Source of the DNA: a virus | Virus genome (UHGV): UHGV-1617644 | Reading direction: 5' to 3' (one strand) | DNA: 11,654 bases | Shown here: in pieces, positions 7,354 through 11,654 of the stretch | How positions within the stretch are numbered: position 1 is the first letter of the stretch | How the letters are laid out: each line of letters opens with the position of its first letter | Notes under the pieces: model-generated | Told to the model about the DNA's origin: nothing | What the model saw: only the letters and a program-made list of their open reading frames with translations | The model's database searches: none | Program-made: the position numbers and the translations under genes

Positions 7354-9362
7354 TAACCCACCCTCACCTGATTACTTCGCATGACCTGAGCATTTGCAGA
7401 CTGTTGCCGACGTGCAACCTCATTACCGACAGCGTGCGGATCTCCGCCACCGTAAATGTGGTAAGTATTTTGCTGGTTAACCTCTGTCATTTTGCCACTA
7501 ATTCCCGCCACGGCAGCCTTATTAATCAGCTCTCGAGAATAGATATTTCTTCCATTTTCATGCTGGATAATGCTGCTCATCAATGCTGACATGGTTTGCG
7601 GATCGCTCATATTCAGGGCAGCCCGGGGATCCACTCCCAGTCGTTGCGATACAGCCCTGATATACGCAGTTGTGTTGTTATTATCAGACGCAGGTGCCCA
7701 GGTAGAGATAATTTTCTCCACACTGTTTATTCCCCGTCCGGCGTACAGCATTAACTGACGAGCAAGAGCCCGTAATCCATCAAAAGCAGTTTCAAATCTG
7801 GCAAATCGCCCGCCCGGGCGTTCAAGAGAAGCCCCTGCCTGACCAGCAAAATTAAGGTTTCCCGGATTGTTATTCCGTTCTCCTCGTTTCGTAGCCTGTG
7901 CATATTGTTCCGGCTCATCATCACCAAACCAGCCGCGTACCGTCCGGCCCACACTGCGGGGATCGAATCCCCAGTGCTCTTTAATCCAGTCGGCAGTACT
8001 GTTAGCGCTGTCTGTAACCATCGGCATCGCTGACGGATTTTCGCTGCCCTGATTAAGTATCTGTTTGCCGATGCTGACGGCATCAGCCCAGCGGCCATCT
8101 TTGATAGCGTTGAGCAGGTCGGCGATCATGTTCAGCATTTTGCTGAATTCGCCCATCTGGTCGATGAAGTTGCTGAAATCCCACTTCAGGGACCATGATT
8201 TGGGGTCAATATTGAGCAGTTTCGCCAGCGCTTTCACCAGTTCATTAACAGACCCTTTCAGGTCACGAACCATCTTCAGCGCGGCATCGACCTCCGGCTT
8301 CCACTTGCCCCAGTCAATCAGGCTGTCGCCGCCTTCCTTCCAGGTCTGATAGTCCTCCCACAGAAGGGCAATCCCCGCCGCCAGCGCGGTAATGAGGCCA
8401 ATCGGCGACATCCAGAACGTACTGTTCAGAATGCGCAGCGCAATCGTCAGCGCGCCAAACAGCGAGATGAGCTCCCGCGTTTGCTTATCCAGCGATTGCC
8501 ACCAGGTGATAAGGCTGGATGTTCCCTCAATTAGCCTGAAGAACAGCCGCCCGATGATGTCTCCGAGCGCCAGAATGCCTTTTATGGCTTTCGTCAGGGT
8601 CTGCTCGATGCGCGGGAAGTTATCGAGGATGTGGCGGCGCAGTGTGTCCAGCGAACCCGCCAGACCACCAGCAAGATTAGAGCCGATTTTGTCACGGGCC
8701 ATGCCTGCCATCGCGCCGAACTCGCGCAGGGAGGTCATAAATTTGTTGGAGCTTCTGGCCGCCTCGTCAGCATTGAAGCCGATAGCTTTCGCCATTGCGC
8801 TGTACTGCCCGGAGAAGCCACCCACACCCCGGCGCATCGCCATAAGGGTATTTTCGTCAATGCCCAGCATCTGCGCATACTGGTTAGCCCGGTAATACGG
8901 CATGCCGCTGAGCTTCTGGCCTACACCTGTAAAAATAGAGGCCATGTCACGCATGTTACCGCTGGCATCCCGTGTCTGTACCCCTAGGCGATTCAGAAAT
9001 CCCTCTGCACCGGGATTGTTACGAATAAACCGGGAGAGGCTTTCCAGAGAAGAGCGCGCAGCGTCTGCACTGCCGCCAACCTGCGAAACCGCATAGCCAA
9101 TAGACTGAATTCCATGGACCGTCGCGCCGGTGCGCTGTGACGCCCAGTAAAGATTATCCAGACCGGAGGCGATCTTAGCCGTGAAGGCCACCACGGACAG
9201 TGCAGTTCCTTCGACGGCCAGCCCCATTTTGATGACATTTGCAGTTGTACCGGCGAGGACAGAACCGAACTTTTTCGCTCCTGCATCATCCACACTGAAG
9301 CCAAGCGAGACGAGGAAATCTTTAATAGTTTCAGCGTTCATTATCCTATCTCCATTTCTCAA
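7353..9362 (-). CDS. Tail tape measure protein (669 aa by track; likely true start at the ATG at 9341)
   Basis: Longest ORF, directly after the chaperone/frameshift pair; Ala/Gly/Ser-rich with hydrophobic central segments (e.g. LISLFGALTIALRIL..., IGLITALAAGIALLW). GGAG lies 8 nt before the second ATG (MNAETIK...), so the first 7 codons of the track ORF are probably not translated. Confidence 0.85.
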   Translation of the reverse strand: MRNGDRIMNAETIKDFLVSLGFSVDDAGAKKFGSVLAGTTANVIKMGLAVEGTALSVVAFTAKIASGLDNLYWASQRTGATVHGIQSIGYAVSQVGGSADAARSSLESLSRFIRNNPGAEGFLNRLGVQTRDASGNMRDMASIFTGVGQKLSGMPYYRANQYAQMLGIDENTLMAMRRGVGGFSGQYSAMAKAIGFNADEAARSSNKFMTSLREFGAMAGMARDKIGSNLAGGLAGSLDTLRRHILDNFPRIEQTLTKAIKGILALGDIIGRLFFRLIEGTSSLITWWQSLDKQTRELISLFGALTIALRILNSTFWMSPIGLITALAAGIALLWEDYQTWKEGGDSLIDWGKWKPEVDAALKMVRDLKGSVNELVKALAKLLNIDPKSWSLKWDFSNFIDQMGEFSKMLNMIADLLNAIKDGRWADAVSIGKQILNQGSENPSAMPMVTDSANSTADWIKEHWGFDPRSVGRTVRGWFGDDEPEQYAQATKRGERNNNPGNLNFAGQAGASLERPGGRFARFETAFDGLRALARQLMLYAGRGINSVEKIISTWAPASDNNNTTAYIRAVSQRLGVDPRAALNMSDPQTMSALMSSIIQHENGRNIYSRELINKAAVAGISGKMTEVNQQNTYHIYGGGDPHAVGNEVARRQQSANAQVMRSNQVRVG

Positions 9363-9971
9363 TGCGCCGCTGGTTATCCGCTTTTACCGCCAGATGGTCA
9401 TTCAAGAGAGCAATGTCGTACAAATCGACAGAGCCATCTTTAAGTGCTGTATAAGGAATTAACCCGGCGTCAACCGGATTGAGAAGGTAGGACAGCCCGT
9501 CCGGCAGGCTGTTAAACGTCAGCCCTGTTGCAGACTCTGCGTCGTGCTGGTAAGGGGTGTAGGCAAAAAATTTCCCAGCGAATCGGCGACCACCCGCGCC
9601 ACCAGCTGCAGCATGACCAGCAGGTCAATATCATCAAACATCAGTTCGCCCTTGGTAAATACCGGCACCCATCCGTCCATATGACGCCGCGACACCACCG
9701 CAAGACAGGGATGAATAATCGCTTCGGTGTCATCTTCGGTCAGGGAAGACAGTTCCTCAGCGATACGCGGGAGCATGGTTTCAAACACCGGTTTTAACTG
9801 CTCGAATTTCACGGTTTCGATTTTGCCGTCAGCAGGCAAACGGGAGCGAATGCTCCCGAAATCTGACATCATTCCCGCCAGTACCGGCAGAAGTTTGCGG
9901 GTCACTTTCAGCTGGTCAAAAACGCTGAGTTTTGCCACGCGATATTTCACGCCTTTAATTTCGAATTCCAT
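9346..9971 (-). CDS. Predicted -1 frameshift fusion product of the chaperone (GT / E+E' analogue, about 208 aa)
   Basis: Hand translation: the -1 frame is open for 75 codons from the slippery site to TAG at 9348-9346 (KFFAYTPYQHDAESATGLTFNSLPDGLSYLLNPVDAGLIPYTALKDGSVDLYDIALLNDHLAVKADNQRRIEKWR); the +1 frame hits TAA almost immediately. This ORF has no ATG, so it is absent from the supplied ORF track. Confidence 0.55.
9519..9971 (-). CDS. Tail assembly chaperone, short in-frame product (lambda gpG / P2 gpE analogue, 150 aa)
   Basis: Lies between tube and tape measure; GGGGAG 9 nt upstream of ATG; a slippery heptamer sits near its 3' end and an open -1 frame runs into the TMP start (see frameshift features). 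Confidence 0.7.
   Translation of the reverse strand: MEFEIKGVKYRVAKLSVFDQLKVTRKLLPVLAGMMSDFGSIRSRLPADGKIETVKFEQLKPVFETMLPRIAEELSSLTEDDTEAIIHPCLAVVSRRHMDGWVPVFTKGELMFDDIDLLVMLQLVARVVADSLGNFLPTPLTSTTQSLQQG
9564..9576 (-). promoter_or_regulatory. Programmed -1 ribosomal frameshift slippery site (mRNA GGGAAAUUUUUUG)
   Basis: In the chaperone frame the codons are CUG GGA AAU UUU UUG, so G_GGA_AAU fits the X_XXY_YYZ pattern, with overlapping A_AAU_UUU and U_UUU_UUG heptamers. As I recall it, lambda G/GT uses the near-identical G_GGA_AAG. Confidence 0.55.
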
Positions 9972-9974
9972 GTA

Positions 9975-10415
9975 TTAAAACTCCCCGAGAACCTGGTCAA
10001 TCTTGCCGCAGTCAAACACCCACGGCATCGTATTACCGGTTTTAGCGTTGGCGTTATCCGGTTGTTTCTGGAACGCAACACTGCGTGCCGTGATGATGTC
10101 GCCGCTGACCTTGTTGCGGATCACGATAACGTTATTCCCCCATGTGGCAGAAGACTGGCTCTGTGCGTTATACGCCAGCGACAATTTTTTATTTGTCGGT
10201 GATGTCTTCAGAAGGTTAACGGTAATCGTCCCGCTTTTATCTGCATGGAGGCTGTGCATCACTTCGCCATCAGCACCGATGGTCATGGTGTTTTTAGGAC
10301 CGCCCATCGCAACCACAATCCCCTCCTCAGAACTTGCCGAACCGTACCCGAGGTCAATCGAACCGGTCGGCCCGGTCAGCGTCGCAGTGACATCCATAAA
10401 AGAATAGGTAGACAT
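9975..10415 (-). CDS. Tail tube protein (146 aa)
   Basis: Small ORF directly after the sheath gene; SD GGGGAAG between sheath stop and ATG. Position and size typical of myovirus tube proteins. Confidence 0.6.
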   Translation of the reverse strand: MSTYSFMDVTATLTGPTGSIDLGYGSASSEEGIVVAMGGPKNTMTIGADGEVMHSLHADKSGTITVNLLKTSPTNKKLSLAYNAQSQSSATWGNNVIVIRNKVSGDIITARSVAFQKQPDNANAKTGNTMPWVFDCGKIDQVLGEF

Positions 10416-10425
10416 TCACTTCCCC

Positions 10426-11571
10426 TTAGCGAACAACGTTAATCTGTACGTCAGCGTAATGAACCGCGCCTGCAAGTTTTATTGCAGCCTGAATCACCGG
10501 AGCCTTACGGGCTTCACGTTCTGATTGTGCCTGTTCATCCAGCGGCTGGGCGTATACGTAATAACCTTTGGGCAGCGTGTCACCTGATGACAACTGCCCA
10601 AGGTTGCCACCGTTCCATACGCCCGGAGCAATCAGTCCATTCTGAACAGCCTGATCCAGTGATTTTTCTACATTTGATAACAGTCGGGTAATACCGGCTT
10701 CAGTCTGGGGAACTTTCGTGGTGCTGGTATAAAGCAGGTTATAGAGGTTGGTCTGCACATAATTCTGTAACCAGTCCAGGCCGTGGCGTTCATCAAAGAA
10801 ATCGCCGTTAGCCATCACTCCCTGCTGGAGGATAGCTGTATCATTCTGGTAGTACACGAACACATTGCAGTTTTTTGCATCAAGTGCCGATGCCTGGCTG
10901 ACTGTCAGTGTTTCATACCCGACACCCGGCTCCTGCTTAAACTTGAGCGTAATCGCGGTATTACTGCCATTGAAATTAACCGTGAATGCCCGGCCAAATG
11001 CAGATAACGCAGCGTATTTATTACCCGATGAATACTGAATAAAACTGCGTGAATATCCGGCGGTTTTCAGTTTTGATGCCAAATCATCGCTGGATGCAGT
11101 CTGCAGGCATTTCTCATCGCTTGTCGTAATCGCCAGAATACGGCTTACAGAAGAGGATTCGATCGCCGCAGCCACTTTCAGCCAGTCTGCATCCGGAATA
11201 TCTTCATCGTCTGCAATCCCCAGCCCATACCATGAAGTATAATCGAGCATGGCATTCACAGCCTGCTCCAGCGTCTCAGGCGTGGCCTGTTCGCTGTCTC
11301 CCTTCGTTTTCACCCAACGACCAACAAAAACCTCCTGAGGTTTCGGTGATTGTGAGAAAAACACCTGCGCAGCCTTATATTCTGGTGATTCCACGCCAAA
11401 ATCTTTTCCAATATCTTCCGCGGCAGAATAACGACGAATGCGCTCACTTACCGGAATGATTGTGGACGGGCCGAGAATGAGTAATGCACCAAAATTTCGC
11501 CCTGATGCTGCACGCGGCGACATGATCACATCAACATTAACAACGTTTGATACAGGCAAGCCCTGTGCCAT
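10426..11571 (-). CDS. Tail sheath protein (381 aa)
   Basis: First gene of the sheath-tube-chaperone-TMP series; GGAG 8 nt upstream of the ATG; size fits a contractile sheath subunit. Assigned by synteny, not by a motif. Confidence 0.6.
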   Translation of the reverse strand: MAQGLPVSNVVNVDVIMSPRAASGRNFGALLILGPSTIIPVSERIRRYSAAEDIGKDFGVESPEYKAAQVFFSQSPKPQEVFVGRWVKTKGDSEQATPETLEQAVNAMLDYTSWYGLGIADDEDIPDADWLKVAAAIESSSVSRILAITTSDEKCLQTASSDDLASKLKTAGYSRSFIQYSSGNKYAALSAFGRAFTVNFNGSNTAITLKFKQEPGVGYETLTVSQASALDAKNCNVFVYYQNDTAILQQGVMANGDFFDERHGLDWLQNYVQTNLYNLLYTSTTKVPQTEAGITRLLSNVEKSLDQAVQNGLIAPGVWNGGNLGQLSSGDTLPKGYYVYAQPLDEQAQSEREARKAPVIQAAIKLAGAVHYADVQINVVR

Positions 11572-11574
11572 AGC

Positions 11575-11654
11575 TTAATCTCCGAAAAAGATGACTGGTG
11601 CTTCCACCAGCGATTTAATACCGTACTCGCGCACAACCTTCCGGCGCAGGCGCA
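11575..11654 (-). CDS. 3' end (about 26 codons) of an upstream late gene, truncated by the window edge; product unknown
   Basis: Hand translation of the minus strand gives an open frame ...RLRRKVVREYGIKSLVEAPVIFFGD ending in TAA at 11577-11575, 3 nt before the sheath ATG; the sheath SD (GGAG) lies inside its last codons. Confidence 0.4.
   Translation of the reverse strand, partial: RLRRKVVREYGIKSLVEAPVIFFGD

Larger units (their letters stand above)
1..11654 (-). mobile_element. Prophage or phage-tail-like element: contractile-tail late morphogenesis module (Mu-like order), carrying a low-GC accessory insertion
   Basis: Co-linear minus-strand ORFs in canonical sheath-tube-chaperone-TMP-hub-spike-wedge-J-I-fibre order; stop/start overlaps and SD motifs throughout. 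No integrase or att site in the window, so element boundaries are unknown. Confidence 0.7.

Noticed and set aside
9341-9362. Tape-measure start at the first ATG (9362) as given in the ORF track
   Set aside because: The GGAG SD falls inside those first codons and is correctly spaced for the second ATG at 9341, and the frameshifted chaperone ORF terminates at 9346-9348 inside this stretch. The 9362 start is kept in the feature table only to match the track.
7404-9462. Plus-strand ORFs (61-167 aa, e.g. 8392-8895 and 8631-8987) lying inside the tape-measure gene
   Set aside because: They are fully antisense to a long, well-supported minus-strand CDS and have no SD or operon context of their own; long spurious antisense frames are expected in GC-rich coding DNA.
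9528-10691. Plus-strand ORFs overlapping the chaperone, tube and sheath genes (e.g. 10003-10407, 134 aa)
   Set aside because: Antisense shadows of the structural genes; no independent support.
1-11654. CRISPR arrays, tRNA or rRNA genes, insertion-sequence terminal inverted repeats
   Set aside because: No regularly spaced direct repeats, no cloverleaf-like or rRNA-like regions and no transposase-like ORF; the only strong secondary-structure element is the terminator at 3561-3590.

Overview
The window is one densely packed, minus-strand late operon for a contractile (myovirus-type) phage tail, interrupted by a low-GC insertion that carries the most interesting content. Gene order, high to low coordinate: partial upstream gene, sheath, tube, tail assembly chaperone (with a -1 frameshift extension), tape measure, two small post-TMP proteins, baseplate hub, [about 1.85 kb low-GC insertion, 3545-5396], spike, wedge-position protein, baseplate-J-position protein, gpI-position protein, tail fibre. 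This is a Mu-like order; it could equally belong to a prophage or a tailocin. Most genes are joined by 1-4 nt stop/start overlaps and preceded by GGAG/GGGGAG-type Shine-Dalgarno sequences. The insertion holds (i) a 153-aa signal-peptide protein translationally coupled to the hub gene and (ii) an autonomous overlapping two-gene cassette (256 aa of unknown function plus a 131-aa protein with HEPN-like signatures) with its own candidate promoter and a strong hairpin terminator. I could not assign that cassette to any defence or toxin-antitoxin family I know, so it is my candidate for an undescribed system; this is inference from context, not a demonstrated function. Structural gene products are assigned mainly from order, size and a few recalled motifs, with no database search. 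GC values are hand counts of two 60-nt samples only. No rRNA, tRNA or CRISPR array was seen.
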